Of a DNA stretch of 64,000 nucleotides, positions 38,404-47,302 are shown one piece after another (position 1 is the stretch's first letter; each line of letters begins with the position of its first letter). The DNA comes from Bradyrhizobiaceae bacterium (GTDB taxonomy: Bacteria; Bacteroidota; Ignavibacteria; Kapaibacteriales; Kapaibacteriaceae), in NCBI GenBank assembly GCA_024103135.1, contig JAGFIZ010000036.1:9684-73683 (forward strand), in the 5' to 3' direction. Under the pieces are notes generated by a model. The model was not told where the DNA came from. It searched no databases and saw only the letters and a program-made list of their open reading frames with translations. The position numbers and the translations under genes are program-made.

Positions 38404-39546
38404 CTAGGCAGAGGCGGTTTTGACAGCTGAATGGAAGAGCGATCGCAAGTCCATAAGCATCGTCAGCAACGTCAGTTGTACGGAAACATTTCGTCGAATA
38501 TCTCGTGCAGCAGTTTCAAGCAGGTCGAGCGCATGCACGAGGTCGGCCGATCCAAAGCCAGCAGCGAACTTCTGAACAGCTTCACGCTGATCAATGTTGA
38601 CGATTGGCGCCTCGGCTCCAGCAAGGAGTACACTTTGAACATCGCGCAACCATAATGCCAGGAGGCGTATGGTGCGCAGTGCACGTCTGCGATCTCGCTT
38701 GTCAGCCTGATTGGCAACGGCTTCTACGAGGTCGCCACGGAAGCCCTTTCCACGTAGGGCGGTGCGCAGTAAATCAATGGCCTCTGCTCGTTCAGCCTGG
38801 AGGTCTTCGTTAAGGTAACTGCGTGCCGTTGCCAGGTTGCCTTCGGCGAACGACGCTACGATTGCTGCTTCGTTTGCGTTGACGCCTTGTTCGACAAGCG
38901 CCGTAACAACGTCGTCATCGTCCAGTGGTGACAGGGTAATCGTTTGACAGCGTGAGGTGATGGTCTGCAGCAGACGTTCAGGCGATGCCGTAGTGAGGAT
39001 AAGCAACACCTGGTGGTGTGGTTCTTCAAGCGTCTTGAGGAAAGCATTGGATGCCTCAACGGTCATCTCATCGGCATGATGGATGATCACCACGCGCCAA
39101 CCGGCCTGTGCGGCCGACATTGCCAGCTCACGCTTGAGTTCGCGAATCTGACTAATGCGAATCTGGGTCGCATCGGCAAGGCCAAACGCTTCGTACGGAT
39201 CTTCGGCAATGGTCCGCAATTGATGGGCAAGCTCATCGAGTACGTCAGGAGCAAGCTCGCTCTCTACGTCGGCCTTCCCGGATGGAAGTGCACAAACAAG
39301 CTTGATGTTCGGGTGCTGGAGTGTTGACGCTTGAATGCAGGAGTGACATGTACCACAAGCATCGAGTGATGCCGATGTTGTCACGTTCTCACACGTCATG
39401 CACCGTGCTACAGCAAGTGCAACGGCAAGCGTTCCATAACCATCTTCACCCGATAGCACCAAGGCATGAGGCATGCGATCGTGAGCGATGGCATGTTGTA
39501 GCAGACGAATCGTGCTGTGTTGACCGACAACGCTATTCCAAGACAT
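38404..39546 (-). CDS. holB: DNA polymerase III delta-prime subunit
   Basis: The AAA+ clamp-loader fold shows HALVLSGEDGYG in place of a canonical P-loop, a zinc module CGTCHSCIQ and SRCQ (TSRCQTI). Confidence 0.85.
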   Translation of the reverse strand: MSWNSVVGQHSTIRLLQHAIAHDRMPHALVLSGEDGYGTLAVALAVARCMTCENVTTSASLDACGTCHSCIQASTLQHPNIKLVCALPSGKADVESELAPDVLDELAHQLRTIAEDPYEAFGLADATQIRISQIRELKRELAMSAAQAGWRVVIIHHADEMTVEASNAFLKTLEEPHHQVLLILTTASPERLLQTITSRCQTITLSPLDDDDVVTALVEQGVNANEAAIVASFAEGNLATARSYLNEDLQAERAEAIDLLRTALRGKGFRGDLVEAVANQADKRDRRRALRTIRLLALWLRDVQSVLLAGAEAPIVNIDQREAVQKFAAGFGSADLVHALDLLETAARDIRRNVSVQLTLLTMLMDLRSLFHSAVKTASA

Positions 39547-39596
39547 TGTACAAATATCGCTGTTGGCTGGAAGGAGGGCTTCCGTATTTTCACACC

Positions 39597-40271
39597 ATGA
39601 GAATCCTAGTTGTCGAAGACGAACGGAAGGTAGCGTCGTTCATCAAACGTGGTCTCGAAGAGGAGCGTTATACGGTAGAGACAGCCCCTGATGGCGATGA
39701 AGGTTTGCGTCTGGCACAGAATAATGTTTTCGATGCCATCGTGCTTGACGTGATGCTACCAAAACTGGATGGCTATAGCGTGCTGCGTCAACTTCGGGCT
39801 GCTGGCAATGCAACACCGGTGTTGATGCTGACTGCTCGTGGAACAACGGAAGACAGGGTCCAAGGTCTAGACCTTGGTGCTGATGACTATCTGTCAAAGC
39901 CATTCCACTTTGAAGAGCTTGCAGCTCGCCTCCGGTCCATCCTACGTCGGTCTACGCCTGAAAAAACCACCAAGCTTGTCTGTGGTGAGCTAACCCTGGA
40001 TATGGTGACGCACATGGCATACCGCGACGGCAAGGAGATCGAGCTAACAACCAAGGAATATGCCTTGCTCGAGTTCCTCATGCGAAACAAGGAACGCATT
40101 CTAAGTCGCTCAATGATTACCCAACACGTCTGGAAGCACAACTTCGATCCAGAGAGCAACATCATCGATGTGTACATCAAACGGTTACGCCAAAAGATCG
40201 AACGTCCCGACAAACCTCAAATGGTGCAGAGCATTCGCGGCGTAGGGTATCGGCTAAAGGAAGAAGAGTAA
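39597..40271 (+). CDS. OmpR/PhoB-family response regulator (no adjacent histidine kinase)
   Basis: The receiver domain reads MRILVVEDE...DAIVLDVMLPKLDG...LTAR, and a winged-helix output domain (VRGVGYRL) follows. The track start at 39321 overlaps holB and is rejected. Confidence 0.9.
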   Translation: MRILVVEDERKVASFIKRGLEEERYTVETAPDGDEGLRLAQNNVFDAIVLDVMLPKLDGYSVLRQLRAAGNATPVLMLTARGTTEDRVQGLDLGADDYLSKPFHFEELAARLRSILRRSTPEKTTKLVCGELTLDMVTHMAYRDGKEIELTTKEYALLEFLMRNKERILSRSMITQHVWKHNFDPESNIIDVYIKRLRQKIERPDKPQMVQSIRGVGYRLKEEE

Positions 40272-40405
40272 ACATTCTCCATCACTGTGCTCAGTACACA
40301 TAGGCCGAACGAAGCGTCAGTGCTTGATTCGGCAGTGTTGAGCCACCATACATCTTGGCACCATGCACGTGAACACGGTGCAGACTAACTGTTGGAACGA
40401 CCACC

Positions 40406-40729
40406 ATGGCAACGGAACTCTCGCACGTACAAGACGTCCTCCAATTAGAATTCCGACGCGTTCAGGACGCGCTCTTTGATTACCAGCGGACATGGTTCAC
40501 AGAACGCTCGCGTGAGTTCTTTTCACTGGAGCTCTGCGGTGAGGCAGGGGAGTTGGCCAACCTCGAAAAGAAGCGTTGGAAGGGTACAGAAATAGAAAAC
40601 GGCCGCTTCGGTGAAGAAGCAGCCGATGTTTTCATTGCCTTGCTCAACTATTGCGAGCGTGCGAAGATCGACCTTGCACAAGCGATTGCGGAGAAGATCG
40701 CAAAGATCCCTCCATCGAAACATCCTTAG
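40406..40729 (+). CDS. MazG-like nucleotide pyrophosphohydrolase (single-domain, 107 aa)
   Basis: [18 protein letters not shown] and [13 protein letters not shown] match the EExxE/D all-alpha NTP-PPase pattern. Confidence 0.7.
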   Translation: MATELSHVQDVLQLEFRRVQDALFDYQRTWFTERSREFFSLELCGEAGELANLEKKRWKGTEIENGRFGEEAADVFIALLNYCERAKIDLAQAIAEKIAKIPPSKHP

Positions 40730-40905
40730 CGGATTTCCTTGTGTACCGTGTGGCGCTTGAGAAATGGATTGTACTTCTTCATTTCAAGCCGCTCTGTTAC
40801 GTTTTGCTTGTTCTTGGTGGTTGTATAGCGCGAAGCTGGCTTGCCCTCTTTCTTGGCTTCCGTGCATTCGAGCGTTATGATCACGCGTGCGCCTTTCTTG
40901 GCCAT
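40726..40905 (-). CDS. rpmG: 50S ribosomal protein L33 (59 aa, absent from ORF track)
   Basis: My own translation is [59 protein letters not shown], which carries the typical L33 motifs YTTTKNK and LELKKYxP. Confidence 0.9.
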   Translation of the reverse strand: MAKKGARVIITLECTEAKKEGKPASRYTTTKNKQNVTERLEMKKYNPFLKRHTVHKEIR

Positions 40906-40943
40906 GACGTCCTCTGACTGCTGTTAGTTCTGGATAAGAACAA

Positions 40944-40951
40944 CAAAGATA
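40944..40951 (-). promoter_or_regulatory. -7 promoter box (TATCTTTG on minus strand)
   Basis: It matches TAnnTTTG exactly, 39 nt upstream of the rpmG ATG. Confidence 0.4.
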
Positions 40952-41016
40952 CGAAAAACTTGGTTCAAAGCGTATCTGTAAGGACAAAAAGGATTTACGT
41001 GGGTTTGCCTAGATAC

Positions 41017-41053
41017 AACAACGGCCTTGACCCGTAGAATCAAAGCCGTTGTT
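41017..41053 (-). terminator. Stem-loop downstream of lon
   Basis: AACAACGGC(C)TTGA-9 nt-TCAA(A)GCCGTTGTT forms a 13-bp stem with one mismatch, 20 nt after the lon stop. There is no strong U-tract. Confidence 0.4.
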
Positions 41054-41073
41054 TCAATGTCATGCGTGATGTT

Positions 41074-43629
41074 CTAGCGACGAGTTGCTCCCCGGCTGCT
41101 TTTCTTGCCTGCCTTGACGCCTGGCTTTCCGGACTTGGGTTGTGCCGTACGCGTTGGTCTGGCCGACTTGGAAGGGGGCTTTGACTTCGCACCCACAAAG
41201 GCTACAGGGATTGCATCGTCGATGGATTTGACGTAGACAATTTCCAAGCCATCCGTCAGCCCCTTCTGAAGTTCATCTACGTCAGAGCGATTGGCATCTG
41301 GAACCATGACGGTCTTCATGCCTGCTCGCTTTGCTGCAAGGAGCTTTTCGTTCAGTCCTCCAATAGGGAGAACCTGTCCTCTAAGCGTAACCTCACCAGT
41401 CATGGCAACGTTGCCGCGCAGTGGCTTGCCTGTAGCCGCACTTAGGATGGCAAGGGTCATCGTAATCCCTGCCGATGGTCCGTCTTTGGGAATTGCTCCC
41501 TCGGGAACGTGAACGTGGATTTCCTTGCCCTTGGTGGCTTCGGGATCCATACCGTACCGCTCGTAGTTGCTGCGGAGGAAGGATAGGGCAGCCATGGCCG
41601 ACTCCTTCATGACTTCGCCGAGCTTGCCCGTAAGAGTAAGCTTCTCAGGACCAGGCATGAAGGTGACTTCTACAGGTAGGGTGTCGCCGCCAACTGACGT
41701 CCATGCAAGCCCCGTCGCAACACCAACCTTGTTGGAGAGCTCCTGATCTTTCTCCTTGAATCGTGGTGCTCGGAGATAGTCGGCAATATGGGCTTCGTCC
41801 ACCTTCCAGCTACGACGCTTGAGTTTCTTGAATTCTGCTGTTTCACGTATACCTACGGTGGACTTACTCTTCGTCTTCCTTGTCTGCTTCGAGGTTTCGG
41901 TAACGATGTTGGTGGCAAGCTTCCGTAGGATTGACGCCAGTTCACGTTCTAGGTTGCGCACACCTGCCTCGCGCGTGTACTCGCGAACGATTCGCTGCAA
42001 GGCACCATCGGTAAAGCTGATGTTGAAACCTTGTAGACCATGACGCTCGATAAGCTTCGGCAGGATGTGGCGCTTGGCAATCTGCACCTTGTCCGGCTCG
42101 AGGTAGCTGTTGATATCGATGACTTCCAGACGGTCAAGCAACGGTGCAGGAATGTCATACTTCACATTTGCCGTTGCAATGAAGAGTACGTTGGAGAGAT
42201 CGTAGTCCACCTCGAGATAGTGGTCGTTGAATGCATTGTTCTGCTCAGGATCCAGTACCTCAAGGAGTGCTGCCGATGGGTCGCCACGGAAGTCCATACT
42301 CATCTTGTCGACCTCGTCGAGCAGGATGACCGGGTTCACACTTCCAGCACGCTTCATTGCCTGGATGATCTTGCCCGGCAAGGCGCCGATATATGTTCTG
42401 CGGTGACCTCGGATTTCTGATTCATCGCGGACGCCACCGAGGGATATGCGGACGAAGTTGCGGCCAAGAGCTCGAGCGATAGACTTGGCGAGAGAGGTTT
42501 TACCAACGCCTGGAGGACCAGAGAAGCACAAGATTTGTCCGCGCATTGATCCAACCAGATTCAGCACGCTGATGTACTCCAGAATGCGTTGTTTCGGTTT
42601 CTCAAGATCGTAGTGGTCTTCCTCCAGGATCTGGCTTACATGCCGAACATCCATGGTATCCGTCGTCCTAGTTGACCACGGCAGCGAGGCAACCATTTCC
42701 AGCCAGGTACGATTCACGGAGTATTCAGGCGACATGGAAGGAGTCTTCTTCAGTCTATCGAATTCTTCCATCACCTTTGTGCGAACGCCCTCCGGCAACC
42801 CAGCCGCGTCAAGTTGATCGCGTAGGTTACTTAGCTCGGCACCACCATCATCATCGTCGCCTAGCTCTTTCTGCAGAGCACGGATTTGTTCCTGGATAAA
42901 GTACTTGCGCTGCGACTTCTGAATCTGATCCTGAACCTTGGTATCGATCTCGGCTTCCAGACGGAGCATCTCCAGCTCATTCGAGATGAGTTGGATGAGC
43001 TCTACGTACTGGTTCTCGATACCTTGAGCAGAAAGGATCTTTTGTTTGACCTCGACCTTTTGTTGAACGTTTGCTGCAGCATAGAACAGCTTACGAACTG
43101 GATCGTCGAGATTCTCGAAGGCACCCAACACTTCGGGCGGAAGATTGCGATGTTCCTTGACGTACTCTTCGAATAGGTCGCTTGCATGCCGTACCAGCGC
43201 CTGAACATGTTGGTCGGTTGCATCAAAGGTCACGGGTAGGGGGCTAAGGGTCGCCTTGAGATAGGGCTCTGTGCTAACCTGCTTCTTGATCTTTGCAGGG
43301 AACAGTCCTTCGACCAACACCTTGAGCAAGTTGTTTGGTAGCCGTAATACCTGCAGGACCTTGGCAACGGTGCCATGCTCGTACATGTCGGCAAACGTAG
43401 GCTCGTCGACCTGGGCTTCTTTCTGGGAGAGAAGCATGACGTACTTGTCCTTTTCCAGTGCTGCGGCAACGGCTTTAAGCGACGATGCCCTCCCGATTAG
43501 CACCGGAAAGATCATGTGTGGAAAGATGACGATGTCTCGCAGGGCCAAGACTGGCAGGGTATCAGGGATGCTTGGCGTTCGTTTTTCAGCTGCTTCGATG
43601 CTGGTAAGGACGTCTTCGTTTTGATTCAT
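41074..43629 (-). CDS. lon: ATP-dependent Lon protease (LonA) with Lys/Arg-rich C-terminal tail
   Basis: The LON N-domain, Walker A GPPGVGKTS and the catalytic PKDGPSAG are present, with Lys in the LAAKRAG context. Confidence 0.95.
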   Translation of the reverse strand: MNQNEDVLTSIEAAEKRTPSIPDTLPVLALRDIVIFPHMIFPVLIGRASSLKAVAAALEKDKYVMLLSQKEAQVDEPTFADMYEHGTVAKVLQVLRLPNNLLKVLVEGLFPAKIKKQVSTEPYLKATLSPLPVTFDATDQHVQALVRHASDLFEEYVKEHRNLPPEVLGAFENLDDPVRKLFYAAANVQQKVEVKQKILSAQGIENQYVELIQLISNELEMLRLEAEIDTKVQDQIQKSQRKYFIQEQIRALQKELGDDDDGGAELSNLRDQLDAAGLPEGVRTKVMEEFDRLKKTPSMSPEYSVNRTWLEMVASLPWSTRTTDTMDVRHVSQILEEDHYDLEKPKQRILEYISVLNLVGSMRGQILCFSGPPGVGKTSLAKSIARALGRNFVRISLGGVRDESEIRGHRRTYIGALPGKIIQAMKRAGSVNPVILLDEVDKMSMDFRGDPSAALLEVLDPEQNNAFNDHYLEVDYDLSNVLFIATANVKYDIPAPLLDRLEVIDINSYLEPDKVQIAKRHILPKLIERHGLQGFNISFTDGALQRIVREYTREAGVRNLERELASILRKLATNIVTETSKQTRKTKSKSTVGIRETAEFKKLKRRSWKVDEAHIADYLRAPRFKEKDQELSNKVGVATGLAWTSVGGDTLPVEVTFMPGPEKLTLTGKLGEVMKESAMAALSFLRSNYERYGMDPEATKGKEIHVHVPEGAIPKDGPSAGITMTLAILSAATGKPLRGNVAMTGEVTLRGQVLPIGGLNEKLLAAKRAGMKTVMVPDANRSDVDELQKGLTDGLEIVYVKSIDDAIPVAFVGAKSKPPSKSARPTRTAQPKSGKPGVKAGKKSSRGATRR

Positions 43630-43655
43630 GCGGTAGGTTGACGATTCTATAAACC

Positions 43656-43663
43656 CAAAATTA
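43656..43663 (-). promoter_or_regulatory. -7 promoter box (TAATTTTG on minus strand)
   Basis: It matches TAnnTTTG exactly, 27 nt upstream of the lon ATG. Confidence 0.4.
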
Positions 43664-43856
43664 CTACTCGAGACGAATCAAGCCCCTTACCACCTTTCGG
43701 ACCTGACAAGCGATGTCCGCATGGGTCAGGATACTGCTAGGGAAAATTGACATGTGAGAGCGGGGGTGGTGTATTCGTGCTTGTTGTTGTAAAGAAGCCC
43801 GCTAAGTCCGTATATTCGTACTCTTTACGTATTGTAATCACCATTCAGGACAACAT

Positions 43857-44513
43857 TTGAGGCGACCATCAGTTCGAGGTCCGCAACAGCGGCCAGAGCC
43901 AACAAACAAGCACAAGATCAACGAGGAAATCATCAGTCCTCAGGTACGCGTCGTCGGACAAAACGGCGAGCAGTTAGGGGTCATGTCAGTTCGTGATGCC
44001 CTTAAACTAGCAGTTGAAGCAGATAAAGACCTCGTTGAAATTGCACCTCAAGCAATTCCGCCTGTATGTAAGATCATCAATTACGGAAAGTTTGCCTACG
44101 AACAGTCGAAGCGTGAACAAGAGGTAAAGCAATCTCAGAAGCAGAAAGAGTTGAAAGAGATTCGTCTGCGTGCCGGTACTGACACTCACGACTTGGACTT
44201 CAAGGTTCGGCACTCAAGGAAGTTCCTCGAGTTGGGGCATAAGGTTAAGGCAGCAGTTACCTTTCGTGGTCGCGAAATCGTCCACCAGGACATCGGAAGA
44301 GCTCTTTTGCAGAAGTTCATTGATGCCTTGGCTGATATTTCAAAGATCGATCAGGATATGCGAACAGAGGGACGCATCCTTAGTGTAACGTTGGCACCAG
44401 ACTCAAAGAAAAAAGCAGCAAAGAAAAAAGATTCGGGTCATGCACAGCCCGCTCAGAAACCTGAAGCAGCGAGTGCAGCACCCATCGAAACCGAACAACA
44501 GAACGAGAACTAG
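43857..44513 (+). CDS. infC: Translation initiation factor IF-3 (start codon uncertain, non-ATG)
   Basis: INEEIISPQVRVVGQNGEQLGV, PPVCKIINYGKF and KEIRLRAGTDTHDLDFK are present. The first in-frame start listed is TTG, and no in-frame ATG precedes the conserved core. Confidence 0.88.
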   Translation: MRRPSVRGPQQRPEPTNKHKINEEIISPQVRVVGQNGEQLGVMSVRDALKLAVEADKDLVEIAPQAIPPVCKIINYGKFAYEQSKREQEVKQSQKQKELKEIRLRAGTDTHDLDFKVRHSRKFLELGHKVKAAVTFRGREIVHQDIGRALLQKFIDALADISKIDQDMRTEGRILSVTLAPDSKKKAAKKKDSGHAQPAQKPEAASAAPIETEQQNEN

Positions 44514-44522
44514 GAGTAATCC

Positions 44523-44720
44523 ATGCCAAAGATGAAGACAAGTGCAGGAGCCAAGAAGCGGTTCAAGCTTACTGGTACTGGGGCAATCAAGCGCCAAAAA
44601 GCGTATAAGAGCCACATCCTGACAAGCAAGTCGCGCAAGCGCAAGCGTGCACTTCGACAGAGCACACTCGTGCACAAGAGCAACGAGAATTTGATCTTGC
44701 ATGCACTAGCACTGAGATAA
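44523..44720 (+). CDS. rpmI: 50S ribosomal protein L35
   Basis: [33 protein letters not shown] is typical of L35. Confidence 0.93.
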   Translation: MPKMKTSAGAKKRFKLTGTGAIKRQKAYKSHILTSKSRKRKRALRQSTLVHKSNENLILHALALR

Positions 44721-44788
44721 CCATTTTTCTTTTTCGTTGATCGGGGAAGCCGTTCTCCCGACGACGCACACACACTAGGAGTAGCATC

Positions 44789-45133
44789 ATGCCACGTTCA
44801 GTGAACAAAGTAGCGGCGCACCATAAGAAGAAAAAGTACTTCAAGCTCGCAAAGGGCTATTGGGGCGCCAGATCAAAGGTTTGGACAATCGTCCGCGACC
44901 ACGTCGAGAAAGGTCTGCAGTACGCATACCGCGACCGTCGCAACAAGAAGCGCACATTTAGGTCGCTCTGGATCGTCCGCATCAACGCAGCAGCTAGACT
45001 CAACGGAACCACGTATTCCCGTTTGATGCACAAGCTGCATGTGAACAACATTACCATCAACCGCAAGGTTCTTGCTGACATTGCAATGAACCATCCAGAG
45101 GCATTTGCAGCCATTGTCAAGCAGGTTGGGTAA
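44789..45133 (+). CDS. rplT: 50S ribosomal protein L20
   Basis: [27 protein letters not shown] and [20 protein letters not shown] are typical of L20. Confidence 0.95.
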   Translation: MPRSVNKVAAHHKKKKYFKLAKGYWGARSKVWTIVRDHVEKGLQYAYRDRRNKKRTFRSLWIVRINAAARLNGTTYSRLMHKLHVNNITINRKVLADIAMNHPEAFAAIVKQVG

Positions 45134-45145
45134 CGGCTAGTCGGA

Positions 45146-46159
45146 ATGCGTGAACACATCGAACAACTGCGCGCTGTAATCGAAGCAGACCTTGCGCAGA
45201 TAACCAATGCCGAGACATTGGAGCAGTTCCGGCTCACGCACATGGTGCGCAAAGGCACCGTACAAAAACTCGTCGAATCGCTTCGTACTGTACCGGTGGC
45301 AGAGAAACCTGCCGCCGGTAGTGCGATTAATGCATTCCGTTCGTGGGTAGAAGACGAGTTCCAAAAACGTAAGGATGCCTTCGAAGGTAGTGCCGGTGTT
45401 TTGTTGGTCGACGTTGCCCTGCCAGCACGTAATGCTACGCGTGGTAGCATTCATCCGATCACACAGACGGTGAATGAGATCGTTGACATTTTCACGAGCA
45501 TGGGTTTCGAAGTTGCCGATGGACCCGACGTAGAAGACGATACGCACAACTTCGAGAAGCTGAATTTTGCACCTGACCATCCTGCACGGGACATGCAGGA
45601 TACGTTCTTCGTTGACAGCGAACGGAATGACCTTCTCTTGCGCACCCACACGTCGAGCGTCCAGATTCGCGTGATGGAGAACATGCAACCTCCGATTCGT
45701 TGCATCATGCCTGGACGGGTGTACCGCAACGAGGCAGTCTCTGCTCGGTCACTTGCAGAGTTCCACCAGGTCGAAGGGTTGTATGTTGACAAGGGTGTGA
45801 GCATGGCCGACCTTAAAGGCACCATTACGGCCTTTGCCAAGCGCTTCTATGATGCCGATGCCAGGTTCCGATTCCGCACAAGTTTCTTTCCGTTTACCGA
45901 ACCCAGTGCAGAGGTAGACATGAGTTGCTTCTTGTGTAAGGGGCAAGGTTGTCGGATTTGTAAGCATACCGGTTGGCTGGAGATTGCTGGCTGCGGCATG
46001 GTACATCCGAACGTGCTTTCTGCCTGTGGTATCGACCCCGAGGTGTACAGCGGCTTTGCCTTTGGTTTCGGTGTAGAGCGCGTGGTGATGATGCGCATGG
46101 GGATCGACGATATACGCCTGCTCTACCAAAACGACCTGCGCGTCCTGCGTCAACTGTAG
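45146..46159 (+). CDS. pheS: Phenylalanine--tRNA ligase alpha subunit
   Basis: Class II motifs HPARDMQDTFF, PGRVYRNEAVSARSLAEFHQVEG and GFAFGFGVERV are present. Confidence 0.95.
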   Translation: MREHIEQLRAVIEADLAQITNAETLEQFRLTHMVRKGTVQKLVESLRTVPVAEKPAAGSAINAFRSWVEDEFQKRKDAFEGSAGVLLVDVALPARNATRGSIHPITQTVNEIVDIFTSMGFEVADGPDVEDDTHNFEKLNFAPDHPARDMQDTFFVDSERNDLLLRTHTSSVQIRVMENMQPPIRCIMPGRVYRNEAVSARSLAEFHQVEGLYVDKGVSMADLKGTITAFAKRFYDADARFRFRTSFFPFTEPSAEVDMSCFLCKGQGCRICKHTGWLEIAGCGMVHPNVLSACGIDPEVYSGFAFGFGVERVVMMRMGIDDIRLLYQNDLRVLRQL

Positions 46160-46160
46160 C

Positions 46161-46844
46161 ATGCTGCTGCGAGCCACTGGTTTATGCAAATCGTACAGCG
46201 CCAAAGGCAAGGCGCAAACTCATGTGCTACAGAACGTAGACCTTGAATGTGAAGCGGGCGAGTTTATTGCCCTTATGGGTCCTAGCGGTGCGGGGAAGAG
46301 TACGCTCATGCACATCCTAGCCACGTTGGACAGACCAGATAAGGGTGAGGTAGTTCTTGCCACAAAAGGTACGACGTATGCATACAGCGCCCTGAACAAT
46401 AAAACCCTTGCACTGCTCCGTAGTACGGAGATTGGCATTGTCTATCAATTTCATCACCTTCTCCCCGAGTTCACAGCAGAAGAGAATGTGATGATGCCAC
46501 TACTCATTGCAGGTGTTCCTCAGACGGATGCACGCAATGCTGCTTCTGCTATGTTGGAGCGTGTTGGAATGCTGAACAGGGGCTCTCACGCACCGTCGGA
46601 ACTTAGCGGTGGAGAACAACAACGGGTGGCAATAGCTCGTGCGTTGGTACACAATCCATCGGTGTTGTTTGCAGACGAGCCAACCGGCAACCTTGATTCG
46701 GACAATGCAGAAGCGGTTGCATCACTCATCGTCGAGTTGCAGACAGAGAGAAAGATGACGTGCGTCGTTGCCACGCATAGTCACGACCTGGCTGTACATG
46801 CACATCGCATTGTGCAGTTGCGTGACGGACATGTAGTTGCATGA
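46161..46844 (+). CDS. ABC transporter ATP-binding protein (LolD/MacB type)
   Basis: Walker [10 protein letters not shown], the signature [15 protein letters not shown] and Walker [12 protein letters not shown] are present. Confidence 0.85.
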   Translation: MLLRATGLCKSYSAKGKAQTHVLQNVDLECEAGEFIALMGPSGAGKSTLMHILATLDRPDKGEVVLATKGTTYAYSALNNKTLALLRSTEIGIVYQFHHLLPEFTAEENVMMPLLIAGVPQTDARNAASAMLERVGMLNRGSHAPSELSGGEQQRVAIARALVHNPSVLFADEPTGNLDSDNAEAVASLIVELQTERKMTCVVATHSHDLAVHAHRIVQLRDGHVVA

Positions 46845-46851
46845 TGGCGGT

Positions 46852-47214
46852 ATGAAGCACCACAAGGTTATAGCTCGATACATTTCGTTGTATGGCCTGT
46901 TTCTGATTGTTTGTGGCGTCGTGGGCTACGTGATCACTCAGGATCACAGTCAGAGTTCCCTGGTCAATGGTATTGTCGGTGGCATTCTCATGGTCGTCAT
47001 CGGTCTCCTTCACCGTCAGAATCGATCATACACGCTTCCAGCAGCCATGGGTGCCTGTGGCATCTTTACCATTACGTTCATCTGGCGCGCCATTGTACAG
47101 TGGCCGTTGGTAGGGGGCTCTAGTAGCCACCTTGTAGTGGCCCTTCTCCTCACGATGATGACTCTGGTGAGTGTGGTCATGGTAGCTGTCCTAGGCAGAC
47201 AGCTCCGTTTGTAA
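46852..47214 (+). CDS. Small four-TM protein, TMEM14/UPF0136-like
   Basis: It has four hydrophobic segments and VCGVVGYVITQDHSQSSLVNGIVGG, which resembles the TMEM14 motif. The start is taken after the lolD-like stop. Confidence 0.55.
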   Translation: MKHHKVIARYISLYGLFLIVCGVVGYVITQDHSQSSLVNGIVGGILMVVIGLLHRQNRSYTLPAAMGACGIFTITFIWRAIVQWPLVGGSSSHLVVALLLTMMTLVSVVMVAVLGRQLRL

Positions 47215-47251
47215 ATGCCGCAACGACATTAACAGTCATGGAACGTACCAG

Positions 47252-47267
47252 ACTCAACGCGTTGAGT
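47252..47267 (+). terminator. Palindromic hairpin ACTCAACGCGTTGAGT followed by TTTA
   Basis: This perfect 16-nt palindrome lies 38 nt after the stop of the plus-strand gene, in a convergent gap. Confidence 0.35.
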
Positions 47268-47270
47268 TTA

Positions 47271-47298
47271 CAGTCCGTTCATTCGTGAACGAAGACTG
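47271..47298 (-). terminator. Hairpin just downstream of rimO stop
   Basis: CAGTC-CGTTCA-TTCG-TGAACG-AA-GACTG forms an 11-bp stem with a 2-nt bulge and a UUCG-type tetraloop. Confidence 0.4.
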
Positions 47299-47302
47299 GT
47301 CG

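Noticed and set aside
44721-44788. A T-rich stretch plus an imperfect hairpin (CGGGGAAGCCGTTCTCCCG) between rpmI and rplT, considered as a possible L20 attenuator.
   Set aside because: The stem is imperfect and short. No resemblance to a known L20 leader is recognisable without covariance analysis. It is left as unremarkable spacer.
44857-45450. A 197-aa minus-strand ORF, plus neighbouring ORFs at 45137-45688 and 45749-46210, all antisense to rplT/pheS.
   Set aside because: They lie entirely inside well-supported rplT and pheS genes. Their composition is Arg/Ser/Cys-rich and low-complexity, typical of shadow frames. No motif is recognisable.
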